Shown in pieces: positions 1 through 9,800 of a DNA stretch of 64,000 nt. The stretch lies in NCBI GenBank assembly GCA_041671505.1, contig JBAZBK010000009.1, forward strand, positions 1-64,000, in the 5' to 3' direction. The first letter of the stretch is position 1. The number at the start of each line of letters is the position of its first letter. The notes beneath the pieces were generated by a model. The model made no database searches, was not told the origin of the DNA, and worked only from the letters and a program-made list of their open reading frames with translations. The stretch is from Thermoanaerobaculia bacterium (GTDB lineage Bacteria > Acidobacteriota > Thermoanaerobaculia > Gp7-AA8). A program made the position numbers and the translations under genes.

Positions 1-1314
1 GATGTTGCCGGAGCCCGAAGCAGTGCAGGTTCCGCCACCCGCGCCGACGCAGGTCCAGGTGGCGGTTAGGGAAGCCGGGAACGTGTCCGCAACGGTGGAA
101 CCCGAGGCGTTGCTCGGCCCCGCGTTCGACGCGGTGATCGTGTAGGTCACCGAGCCGCCCGCGGTAGCCGACGTCACCCCGTCGGTCTTGGTAATTCCGA
201 GGTTGGCCGTTGGTGTCAACGTGTCGGTGTCGGTTGCGCTGTTGTTGCCCGGCGTCGGGTCGGTGGCTGCGCCGGTCACCGTCGCCGTATTGGAGAGCGT
301 GCCGGTGGCCGAGGCCGCAATGTTGCAGGAGGCGGTGTAGGTGACCGAGCCGCCACTCGGCAGGGTGACGGAGTCGTTGATGTTGCCGGAGCCCGACGCC
401 GTGCAGGTTCCGCCGCCCGCGCCGACGCAGGTCCAGGTGGCGGTTAGGGAAGCCGGGAAGGTGTCCGCCACCGTCGCCGTGGTACTCGACGGCCCTGCGT
501 TCGACGCCGTGATGGTGTAGGTCGTGCTGCCGCCCGGCGTCGCAGTCGTCACGCCGTCGGTCTTGGTGATCGCGAGGTCCGCGGCTGGTGCAGCACTGAT
601 GTTCATTGCGATATGAATCAGCGCCACGCCGTTCGTCGTGGTCCAACTCGTCGGGACCGACGCGGCGCCGGGGCTGGTACTCGTCCGGTAGTAGGCGAAT
701 CCCGTTGAATTCAGAGTGAGTGTTCCGACATTGTGAACGACCGTCTGGCCGGCCCCCGGCGTGACGGTGTTCGTCGGCGTGATGGAATTCGTGAACGTGT
801 CGAAAACATCGAACACCAGATCTCCCGCCGCGCTCACGACGTTCAGCGTTGAAGCCGAAGGTGCCGTCGTGTTGTCGACCGCCTGGACATTGCTGATCGG
901 CGCGGCCTGACTCACGCCGGAAAACGCGGCTGCCGCAATGAATGACGAGTTGTTGGGCGTCGTGCCGGTGCTGACGACCGTGATGGTCTGTGTCGTACTG
1001 CTCGCGCTGCTTCCCAGGCTCAGGGTGAAGACCGAATCGACCGCCGCCCCGTCGTTGTGTTCGGCACGCTGGGTCAGCGAGGACGCTCCGAAGCTGACGG
1101 TCGAGACATCCGTGGCGTCATCGTCCGAAGCGACGACGAGGAGAATCCGATCGTTTCCAGCCGGCACCGTGAAGGACAGCGTATTGGTATTGGTGGCGAA
1201 CGTCGGGGCGCCGATCGCGCTGACCGCGGCTTCTGCCTGCGATGCGAGTACCAGGGCAGATGAAACGAGGAACATCGCAAGAAAGAAGAACCTTCGATCG
1301 CGATTGCTGTTCAT
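1..1314 (-). CDS. Secreted DUF11 (conserved repeat domain) surface protein, partial. The start codon is at 1312-1314 and the 3' end runs off the window.
   Basis: Reverse-strand translation from ATG 1314 gives MNSNRDRRFFFLAMFLVSSALVLASQAEA, a signal peptide. This is followed by two or more DUF11 units of the form ITKTDGVT..YTITASNAGPS..ADTFPASLTATWTCVGAGGGTCTASGSGNI. A 375-nt intragenic tandem repeat (1-375 versus 376-750, about 90% identical) and high GC3 support coding. The six-frame track does not list it because it is open at the window edge. Confidence 0.7.
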   Translation of the reverse strand, partial: MNSNRDRRFFFLAMFLVSSALVLASQAEAAVSAIGAPTFATNTNTLSFTVPAGNDRILLVVASDDDATDVSTVSFGASSLTQRAEHNDGAAVDSVFTLSLGSSASSTTQTITVVSTGTTPNNSSFIAAAAFSGVSQAAPISNVQAVDNTTAPSASTLNVVSAAGDLVFDVFDTFTNSITPTNTVTPGAGQTVVHNVGTLTLNSTGFAYYRTSTSPGAASVPTSWTTTNGVALIHIAMNISAAPAADLAITKTDGVTTATPGGSTTYTITASNAGPSSTTATVADTFPASLTATWTCVGAGGGTCTASGSGNINDSVTLPSGGSVTYTASCNIAASATGTLSNTATVTGAATDPTPGNNSATDTDTLTPTANLGITKTDGVTSATAGGSVTYTITASNAGPSNASGSTVADTFPASLTATWTCVGAGGGTCTASGSGNI

Positions 1315-1895
1315 GCTCACTCCTGAGTTGTTGGTGTCTCAAAAGGCCGATCTTCTTCGGTCACTCCGTGCAAGGCTAATGCAATTGGTCGAGGAGAGGG
1401 GGAAGCATCTCGCGCTCTTCGCGGCGAAATGCCAGCTGAGGCAGCTGCGTGGCCACGCGTGACAAGAACTCCAATTCGTCGATCCGTTCGACGTCATCCT
1501 TGGCGTCATCCACCTCATCCCCACGCGAGCCAGGGCGAAGGCGCGGAGCAGACGATCGATCCCGCGTTGCGGGGCATCAAGAAAGCCAGCGATGCCAGGC
1601 GCGGCGCCGCGGACGAATCTCTGAAGCAACGCGCCGAGGAAAAGAGCCCGGAATCGCGGTGAGCTCGCCCTGAAGCCCCCTTCGGCTCGTCCGATCCGGC
1701 AACCGAGCCGGAGATCGAAGCCGCGGACCCTCGGCGCGTCGGGTCCACCTTCCCTGGTTCCTTCGCCTGTTTCCCTAATCCGCAAACCTGCGTTTTTTGT
1801 GACCGAGGTCATCATTCCCCCCCGAATCTAACCGTATGTTCAGCGTGCCGGGATCGGGCGCGCGACATCGTGCAGCCCGGCAGATCTCTCCGAAC

Positions 1896-4184
1896 ATGAG
1901 TCGACTACGACGGGAGCCGATGCAGAGCCGCCCTGGAGGTTTGCTTGTCGCTGCGCTGCTCGCCATCGCACCGGCTGCGTTTGGAGCTGGCGAGGAGCGC
2001 GTCCCGCGGGAGGAGATGGCAAAACTCCAGCACGCGAGCCAGGACACGCGCGAAGTCCGGCTCGAGCACTTCCCGCTCGACGGAAGATCCGAGACGCTCG
2101 TGCTGGAAGAGTTCGACGTTCTGGCGCCTAACGCCGTGATCGAGAGGTTCGACGACGAGTTGAAGCCCTCCCGCGTCAAGCCGTCTCCGATGCGCCAGTT
2201 TCGCGGATACGTCGACGGCGAGCCCGACTCCCTCGTCTACCTCTCGACCGGTCCTCACGCCGACGGCGTGATCGTCAGTCGCGATCGCAAGTACATCGTG
2301 AAGCAGCGACGCGGGCGTGGAGGGAATGACGACTTCGTCGTCGAAGAGGTCCCTCTTCTCGACGAGCTGGCCGCGGCCGATGACGGCTTTCGGTGCGAAG
2401 CGATCAACGGTCAGGCCGATCCGATCGACGGCTTTCTGCCGCGCTCGCTCACCGCCAACGCGACGCCGATGGCTGTGCCGCCGTGGCCATCTGCGACCGC
2501 GACTTCGGTTCTGAACCTCGCGATCTCCACCGACAGCGCTCTCTACGCGAACTTCAGCAGCAACGTCGTTTCGGTCGAGACCTACGTTCGCAATCTTGTC
2601 GGCGCCGCGTCGGTGATCTACAAGCGCGACCTTCGAACCGAGTTGCGCATCGTCTATCTGCAGCTCTCGCAGGCTTCCGATCCCTGGACCATCAACCCCG
2701 GCACCTCCGGGACCTGGAACGGCTCGGCGGTTACCTATGCAACGGCGCATGCTCTCGCCGAGTTCGGCGACTACTGGCACAACTCTCCTCCCTCGAATGT
2801 CGCCCGCTCGGGCGCCGTGCTTGTCAGTGGGCAGAGCCAGACCGCGGGTGTCGCCTGGATCAATACGATCTGCGCTGCCGACTTCCCATGCGCGGGTGGA
2901 AACTGCAACAACCCGGTCTACGACGGTCACTACGGAGGCGCTTATGCATACTGCGGCGGCGTCGGAACCACGTCGGCCGAGAGAACCGTCCCGAATCCCG
3001 ACTCCAACGCGGGGGGAGCGAACCCGTACCAGATCAACACGACGAGCTACTGGGGGCTCCTGCAGTTCTCGCACGAGCTCGGTCACGTTGTCAGGTCGAA
3101 ACATACGCACTGCATCCAGCTCACCGCGAACGAGCAGGCGCAGTACGGGGTTACGCGCAGCTTCGTCGACGTCTGCTACAGCAGCGCGACGAGCGGCTGC
3201 TACTCCGGCACGACGAGCGTTCCCTCCGAGAAGGGGACCATCATGAGCTACTGCCACATACTCTCGGGAGGTGCGACTAACACTCGCTGGCTCTTCGGCA
3301 AAGCAAACGAACCGAGTGAAGTCGTCACGAACACGATGCGCGCGGCGCTCGATGCCAAAACGCCGTCAGGGCTATCGGTCATCACGGCGCCTTCGAGTGT
3401 GACCGCCGGCGCGTCGAACATCGCGTCGGTGACCGCGACCGCAGGGCTCACCTTCGACTGGACCATCACCAACGGTACGTTCGCGGGCGGCGGGACCACG
3501 GCGACGGGTGCGTCAGTCACCTTCGTCGGCGCGACGTCTCCAGCCACGCTCCGCGTCTACGCCACCAACTCGCAGGGCTGCGCCATAGCCGACTACAAGA
3601 GCGTGACCGTAGGCCCGGGCGTCGCAGCGCCGACGAACGTCGTCGCGACGGCGACGGGTGCGACGTCGATCGGTGTCAGCTGGACGTCGGTGGCCGGCGC
3701 TGTGTCGTACCAGATCGACCGCCGTACCGGAGCGATCTGGAGCCAGATCGGAACGTCGGGCGTGAACTCCTACAACGACGCGACTGCCGTCGCGAATACC
3801 GCGTACCTCTACCGCGTCCGCGCCGTCGACGGCAGCGCGAACGTGTCGGGTAACAGCAACGTCGATCTGGCCACCGCGATCGTCTTCACCGACGCGTCGC
3901 TCGGCAGCGGCACGACGGCCGTCAGGGCGGTTCACTTTGCCGAGCTGAGAATCGCCGCAAACGCTGTCCGGACCCTCGCCGCGCTCACGCTGTCCTCGTT
4001 CACCGACCCGGCGCTCTCCTCGGCCGTTACGATCAAAGGAACGCATCTGACGGAGCTCAGGAGCGCGGTAGACCCGGCCCGAAGCGCGCTTGGACTTGGC
4101 GCCGCTGGCTATTCCGACGGAGCTCCGGTTGGGGTGGCGATCAAGGCGGCTCATCTCGACGAGCTCCGCAGCGCCGTCCGCTAG
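1896..4184 (+). CDS. Secreted zinc metalloprotease (HEXXH, metzincin/M43-like), paralog A, with a C-terminal FN3 domain plus HxxELR triple repeat.
   Basis: ATG at 1896 or 1920 precedes the signal peptide MQSRPGGLLVAALLAIAPAAFGAGEE. The motif HELGHVVRSKHTHC is followed by GTIMSYC, a Met-turn-like segment. Then come an FN3-like segment (SIGVSWTSVAGAVSYQIDRR...LYRVRAVDGS) and the C-terminal repeats VHFAELRIAANAVR / THLTELRSAVDPAR / AHLDELRSAVR. The protein is paralogous to the 4455..6770 product. Confidence 0.75.
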   Translation: MSRLRREPMQSRPGGLLVAALLAIAPAAFGAGEERVPREEMAKLQHASQDTREVRLEHFPLDGRSETLVLEEFDVLAPNAVIERFDDELKPSRVKPSPMRQFRGYVDGEPDSLVYLSTGPHADGVIVSRDRKYIVKQRRGRGGNDDFVVEEVPLLDELAAADDGFRCEAINGQADPIDGFLPRSLTANATPMAVPPWPSATATSVLNLAISTDSALYANFSSNVVSVETYVRNLVGAASVIYKRDLRTELRIVYLQLSQASDPWTINPGTSGTWNGSAVTYATAHALAEFGDYWHNSPPSNVARSGAVLVSGQSQTAGVAWINTICAADFPCAGGNCNNPVYDGHYGGAYAYCGGVGTTSAERTVPNPDSNAGGANPYQINTTSYWGLLQFSHELGHVVRSKHTHCIQLTANEQAQYGVTRSFVDVCYSSATSGCYSGTTSVPSEKGTIMSYCHILSGGATNTRWLFGKANEPSEVVTNTMRAALDAKTPSGLSVITAPSSVTAGASNIASVTATAGLTFDWTITNGTFAGGGTTATGASVTFVGATSPATLRVYATNSQGCAIADYKSVTVGPGVAAPTNVVATATGATSIGVSWTSVAGAVSYQIDRRTGAIWSQIGTSGVNSYNDATAVANTAYLYRVRAVDGSANVSGNSNVDLATAIVFTDASLGSGTTAVRAVHFAELRIAANAVRTLAALTLSSFTDPALSSAVTIKGTHLTELRSAVDPARSALGLGAAGYSDGAPVGVAIKAAHLDELRSAVR

Positions 4185-4454
4185 GGCGTCGGGACGAGGG
4201 CGATTCACGCGGGAGAAGCGCTGTCGTGGTTTTGAGCGCTCGTCGTGAGGGAAGGCCGGTCGATCTTGCCGGCGGCGCGCGGATGAGAGACGAAGAACCC
4301 CCGTCAGCGAGGGTGCGTGTTGGGCCGAGGAGCGTTCCTGCAGGACGCCGCCACCGTTGGATGGCATTTCCAGGCCATCGTCGGCGCTATACTTTTGTTA
4401 TCTCCAACCAGAGTCTCCCGGGTTGCCTCGTCAGCCCCGGATCCGGAGTCTGCT

Positions 4455-6770
4455 ATGACCGCCGTGAAACGCTACGCATCCTGGTTGCCCCTCACCGTCT
4501 CAACTCTGTTGCTCGTGACTGCAACTGCTTCTGCCTCCGAGGTCACGAAGATCAACGACGAAGCGCTGGCTCCGCTTCGAGGCTCGCTCGTGACGAAGCG
4601 AGTCACCCTCGATGCGTTACCTCTCAAGGAAGGACAGCGTCCGGTCATCGACCTCGAAGAGTTTCAGGTCTGGGCTCCAGGGGGCAAGGTGGTCATTCAT
4701 GGAGAAGACGGGAAGGTCACCGTACAGGCTCCGACACCGTTGCGATTCTTCCGGGGATTGGTTAACGGTGATCCCGAGTCGTTCGCGTACTTCTCGGTCG
4801 ATCGGGCCGGGCACGTATACGGCCTGGTGGCCACGCGCGAGCACAGGTACGCGATCACCGCGCAGCGGCGTCCTCGTGCGGGCGTGACGCCGCGCACTCG
4901 GCCGAACGAGGCGAGTGAGGAACTCTTCGACCACTTCGTCACCGAAGCCACGCCGGCCGACGAGTTTGGTGTCGAACAAGGCTGGACCTGCGATACCGAC
5001 AAGTACTCTCTTACTGCTGACTTTCTCAATGGAGACGCGCTGCGTGCGCGCTCGGGGCCCGCAGGGCCGGAGCCAGCCGCCCTTACGGGAACCCAGACGT
5101 ACGGCATCACGGTGGAGGTGGAGACCGATTTCGAGCTCTACACGGCCGCGGGGAGCAATTCGACGACGGTGCAGAACTACGTCACGAACCTGACGGGTGC
5201 CGTCTCGACGATCTACAACCGCGATCTCAAGACCAACGTCACGCAGAGCACGGTCAACATCTACACGACATCCAGTGATCCCTGGGCAGCTGTGACGGCT
5301 TCAGCCGGGCTGATCGAGCTTGGAGATTATTATCACTCGTCGAAGACCCGAACGACGTCTGCTGTAACTTTGCTCAGCGGCAAGAACACGAACAGCGGAA
5401 TCGCCTGGGAGGCCGTGATCTGCGCAAATGATTTGGACCAAGGGGTTTGGGCTGGTCCTTATGCGTGGTGCGGGAGTGTGTTTGGGACGGGAACCATCCC
5501 GGATCCGAACTCCATCCAGAATGGCGTTCAATACGGTATGCCAAGCGGCTTTCAAAACTACTGGCCACTCACGGAATATGCTCACGAATTGGGCCACAAT
5601 ATGGCTGGCCATCACACGCATTGCGTGGCGATCAGCGACGCAGAGCGAATCGCATCGGGCTTCAGCGATGGCAGTCCCGCCAACAGCACATCGAACTTCG
5701 TCGACCACTGCTATGCAGCTGAAGGGGCTGGCTGTTTCAGCGGTACCAGCTACGTAGCCGGCTCGCAAACCACGTTCAAGGGCACGATCATGAGTTACTG
5801 CCACAACGTGTTCAGTGGCGGCTTTCCGCAGAGTCGATTCATCTTTGGCGTCGCCGCCGAACCGAGCCACCACGAGCTCGACGACTACATGCTGCGAGCA
5901 AGTGGACCACTGACGGGTCTAGGCACCAACATCGTTTCGGGCACGACGGCGACGCTCTCGTCGATCACCGCTCCGGGCTCCGTCGGCGGCAACTCCACGG
6001 GAAACGTCGCCTCCGTGACCAACGTAGGTGGCCAGACCTACTCGTGGTCGATCACCGGGGGATCGATCACGGGGGGCGGATCCACGAATTCGGTCACCTT
6101 CTCGGCGGGCGCGTCGGGAAGCGTCGTGCTGACGGTGAACGCGGTGAACTCGACGAGATGTTCGCTCCGCGACAGCGTAACTATTCCGATCAGCTCCATC
6201 AACGCTCCCACCGGAGTCGTCGCCACAGCAACCACGACGACGAACGTCGTTTTGAGCTGGAACATCGTCGTCGGCGCGACGAACTACAAGGTCCTCCGCA
6301 GCAGCAACGGCTCGACCTACGGCCAGGTCGGCAACCCTTCGGAAAACTCGTTCAACGATCCGACGGCGCTCGCGAACACCGCCTATCTCTACAAGGTCCG
6401 CGCGAACGACGGCTCGAGCGACTCGGGCGACAGCAACATCGATCTCGCCACGACGGTGATCTTCACCGACCCGTCGCTCACCGTCGGCACCACGCAGGTG
6501 AAGGCGGTCCACATCACGCAGCTCCGGACCGCCGTCAACGCGGTGCGAACGCTCGCGTCGTTAGGCGCAGGCAGCTACACCGATCCGACAGTGACCGCGA
6601 CGTCGACGACGATCAAGCGACTCCACGTCACCGACCTTCGAACCGCGCTCGACGCGGCCCGCTCGGCGCTGGCGCTATCGGCGGTCAGCTACACCGACCC
6701 GACCATCACGGCAAGCAGCACGCTGGTCAAGGCAGCGCACGTAAACGATCTTCGCGGAGGGGTGCAGTAG
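4455..6770 (+). CDS. Secreted zinc metalloprotease (HEXXH, metzincin/M43-like), paralog B, with a C-terminal FN3 domain plus HxxELR triple repeat.
   Basis: ATG 4455 precedes the signal peptide MTAVKRYASWLPLTVSTLLLVTATASASE. It contains HELGHNMAGHHTHC and GTIMSYCHNVF, then an FN3-like segment (VVLSWNIVVGATNYKVLRSSNG...LYKVRANDGS) and the repeats VHITQLRTAVNAVR / LHVTDLRTALDAAR / AHVNDLRGGVQ. The N-terminal propeptide-like region is shared with paralog A (FRGYVDGEPDS versus FFRGLVNGDPES). Confidence 0.75.
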   Translation: MTAVKRYASWLPLTVSTLLLVTATASASEVTKINDEALAPLRGSLVTKRVTLDALPLKEGQRPVIDLEEFQVWAPGGKVVIHGEDGKVTVQAPTPLRFFRGLVNGDPESFAYFSVDRAGHVYGLVATREHRYAITAQRRPRAGVTPRTRPNEASEELFDHFVTEATPADEFGVEQGWTCDTDKYSLTADFLNGDALRARSGPAGPEPAALTGTQTYGITVEVETDFELYTAAGSNSTTVQNYVTNLTGAVSTIYNRDLKTNVTQSTVNIYTTSSDPWAAVTASAGLIELGDYYHSSKTRTTSAVTLLSGKNTNSGIAWEAVICANDLDQGVWAGPYAWCGSVFGTGTIPDPNSIQNGVQYGMPSGFQNYWPLTEYAHELGHNMAGHHTHCVAISDAERIASGFSDGSPANSTSNFVDHCYAAEGAGCFSGTSYVAGSQTTFKGTIMSYCHNVFSGGFPQSRFIFGVAAEPSHHELDDYMLRASGPLTGLGTNIVSGTTATLSSITAPGSVGGNSTGNVASVTNVGGQTYSWSITGGSITGGGSTNSVTFSAGASGSVVLTVNAVNSTRCSLRDSVTIPISSINAPTGVVATATTTTNVVLSWNIVVGATNYKVLRSSNGSTYGQVGNPSENSFNDPTALANTAYLYKVRANDGSSDSGDSNIDLATTVIFTDPSLTVGTTQVKAVHITQLRTAVNAVRTLASLGAGSYTDPTVTATSTTIKRLHVTDLRTALDAARSALALSAVSYTDPTITASSTLVKAAHVNDLRGGVQ

Positions 6771-6856
6771 CGAGCGTGCACGCAAATGCGCTCCGGAGGG
6801 GCACGGGCGGCGCGATCCGTGCGCGAGGTTCAGCCTTCTACCGCCGCCGCGTCCCC

Positions 6857-9800
6857 TCACTTCACCGCGTCACGTAGTTCCTGGATGTGCACACCCTTCA
6901 TGGGCGTCCCGGGCGTAAGCGTCGGATCCGTGAACGTCTGCGTCGGCATCCCGAGCGCGCTGCATGCCTCGTTCAGCCGCGCGCGCAACTCCGTGATGTG
7001 AATCGCCTTGATCGGAACACCCACGAGCGTCGGGTCGGTCCACGTCACGGAGGCGAGCCCTGCGGCGTTGCGCATTCTGCCGACCGCATTCCGCAGTTCG
7101 ACGAGATGGACTCCCCTGGTGACGGTCGTTCCCGCCACGACAGGATCGTCTGTAAAGGAAAGGCTCGACAGCACGGAATCGATGACGCTGAACGGACCGG
7201 TACTGGAGTAGTCAAGGTGGTAGGCCCTGACCCGGTATCGATAAAGCTCGGTCGACGCGAGGTTGTAGTTGGTGTAGCTCGTGGAATTGACCCGGGCCAG
7301 AGTGGCGAAGCTTCCGTTCGCCGTGCTTCGCGCGATCTCGTAACCGCTCGCGTTTGGAATGGCACTCCAGGTCAGCAGTGCGGAGTTCGGGCCGCTGGCA
7401 CGCGCGATGAAGTTCGCCGGGCGGGTGAGGACGACGGAGGTCATGCTGTCGGTGTTGTTGTCCGGACTCGTGTCTCCCCCTCCCGAGACCGTGGCGACAG
7501 AGGTGGCGGGCGAAGGACAGTTCTCTGCGACACTCACGGCTGCGGACAGCGATGGATAGTACGTTGATCCGCCGAGTGAGTCGCTGCGCGTGCAGGTCGC
7601 CGAGGCCGTGTTGCAGCTCCACCCTGTTCCGCTGAGACCCGTGAGCGTAAGCCCGGGTGCGACGGAAAGACTGAAGGTCACGCTGCCCGACGTCGGCTCA
7701 TCTCCGGCGTTACGTACTTCGGCGTAGAAGGTGACATTCGTCGAGCCGGCTGAGAGGGTAGGGAAGTACGACATCGAAACCACCAGGTCCTGATGCCGCA
7801 GAATGCCCGTGTAGTCGCTCCACGAGTTATTGGTCGAGTTGGCGTCGCCCCCTCCCGACAGCTTCGCGACGTTGGTCACGCTCCACGACGTAGTATTCGA
7901 CACGTCCACCGTCAGCGTGATCGACGGGAACTGGGCTCCGGGAGCGAGGATGTCCCCGCGAGTGCAGGTCGTGCTGGCGACATCGCACGTCCAGCCGCTG
8001 CCCGACATGGCCGTCGCGGTCAGGGCGTCAGGCAGCACATCCGTCACCGTGACGGCGCCGCGCGACGGCCGGGTGCCGGCGTTTCTTGCAACGATCGTGT
8101 ACGTCGCGCCGGTCTGGCCGCCATGGAGCGATCCCGTATGGCTCTTCGTGACGGCGAGGTCGATGCAACTTCCAAGGTATGTGTAGGCGTACCCGTCGGA
8201 GCCCATGACGATGTCCTGACTGCCGTCACGGTCGAGATCGGCCACCACCAGACCGCCAGACCCATAGCTGTTCGGCAGCGTCGTATAAGGTAGAAACGAG
8301 CCGTCGCCATTGCCCTGGAGATAACCTGATTTGAGTACGATGTCAGCGTCTCCGTCAGAGTTCATGTCTTCGATGACGACCTGGAACGGGGAGTAGGACG
8401 GGGCTGGCCACAAGGTGGCTGGCGTCAGCGTTCCATCCCCGCGGCCGAGCATCACACTGACCAGCGATTCGTAGTAATTCGAGGTGCTGCACGACGCGAC
8501 GAGGTCGAGGTCGCCGTCGTCATCGAGGTCGCTGACGGCAAGCCGTTGGGGCCGCGCGCCGACGCTGTACACCACTGGAGCGTGGAACGTCCCGTCGCCG
8601 ATTCCTCGCAGCAGCTGCAACGTATCGCCCAGGGCGCTCGAGACGGCGAGGTCGATGATCCGGTCTCCGTCAAAGTCTCCGCTGACGATGTCAGACGGGT
8701 TGACCAGAGTCTCGACGTCGAATGGTGCGAACATCGAGCCGTCGCCGGTACCGATGAAGAGCGACAGTTTGGCGCCCGAACCGGGAATGACGGCGACATC
8801 GGGGAAGCCGTCGCCGTTGAAGTCGCCGATGGCCATGCGCTGCGGGTCGGAGATGGCTTGAGTGCCGCGCAGTACGAAGCTACCGTCACCCGCGCCGATC
8901 AACTCGGACAACGAATCGCTCGAGAAGCTGAGGGCCAGGAGATCGAGCACGCTGTCGCGGTTGAGATCGACCGCGGTCAGGGAGTTGAAGCTGACGGCAT
9001 CAAAGGACTTCACCGCGGGCTCGAAGTCGCCTGTGCCTCGGCCGATCAGGACCGCGAGGCCTTCGTACGAGGGCGTGCCCACGATGTCGGGAATCGTGTC
9101 GCCGTTGAAGTCGCCGACCGCGATGGTGCCCGTCGAGCCTCCGCCGAGCAAAAATGCGACACCCGAGCCGTATTGGTGGCAGGCCGTGCTGCTCCAGACG
9201 GCGGTGCGGTTGGCCGCGCTGCTGTTCGCGAGATTGAGCTCGCCCCCGCCGCTCACCGAGGCGAGGTTCAGGACTTCGACAGGTGCACTGGCGGCGACAT
9301 TCACAGTCAGCGAGATCGGCGGGTAGCTCGCGCCCGAGCCGAGCGCATCGCTCCGGCTGCAGCTCAACGCTCCAAGGTTGCAGTTCCATCCCGAACCGCC
9401 GATCGCGGTCGCGGTCAGGCCGGTCGAAAGAGCGTCGGTGACGGTGACCGCTCCGCTCGTGGCGGCTCCGCCTGCGTTCCTGACGTCGATGCTGTACTTC
9501 TGTCCGGTTTCGCCCTGGGCGAAGGGATTTGGCCGCGTGATCTCAATGACGAGGTCCGGATCCTGCGTCACCGTCACGACGTCGGCGGTGCTGTCGTTCG
9601 TCTTGTCGATCTCGCCTCCACCCGTCACCGTCGCGCCGTTGGTGAGCGTCGCCGGAGCCGCGCTCGCGACGCTTACCGTCAATGTGATGGGCGGGTAGCT
9701 CGCTCCCGCGCCCAGGCTGTCGCTCCGCAGGCATGTCAGCGTGTTCAGCGCGCAGTCCCAGCCGGTTCCCGCGATGCTCGTCGCCCAGAGCCCTCGCGGG

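Noticed and set aside
1905-3280. ORFs 1905..3257 (-) and 2393..3280 (+, other frame) overlapping metalloprotease A.
   Set aside because: Alternative-frame and antisense products are Arg-rich with no motifs. The sense frame has a signal peptide, an HEXXH site and a paralog.
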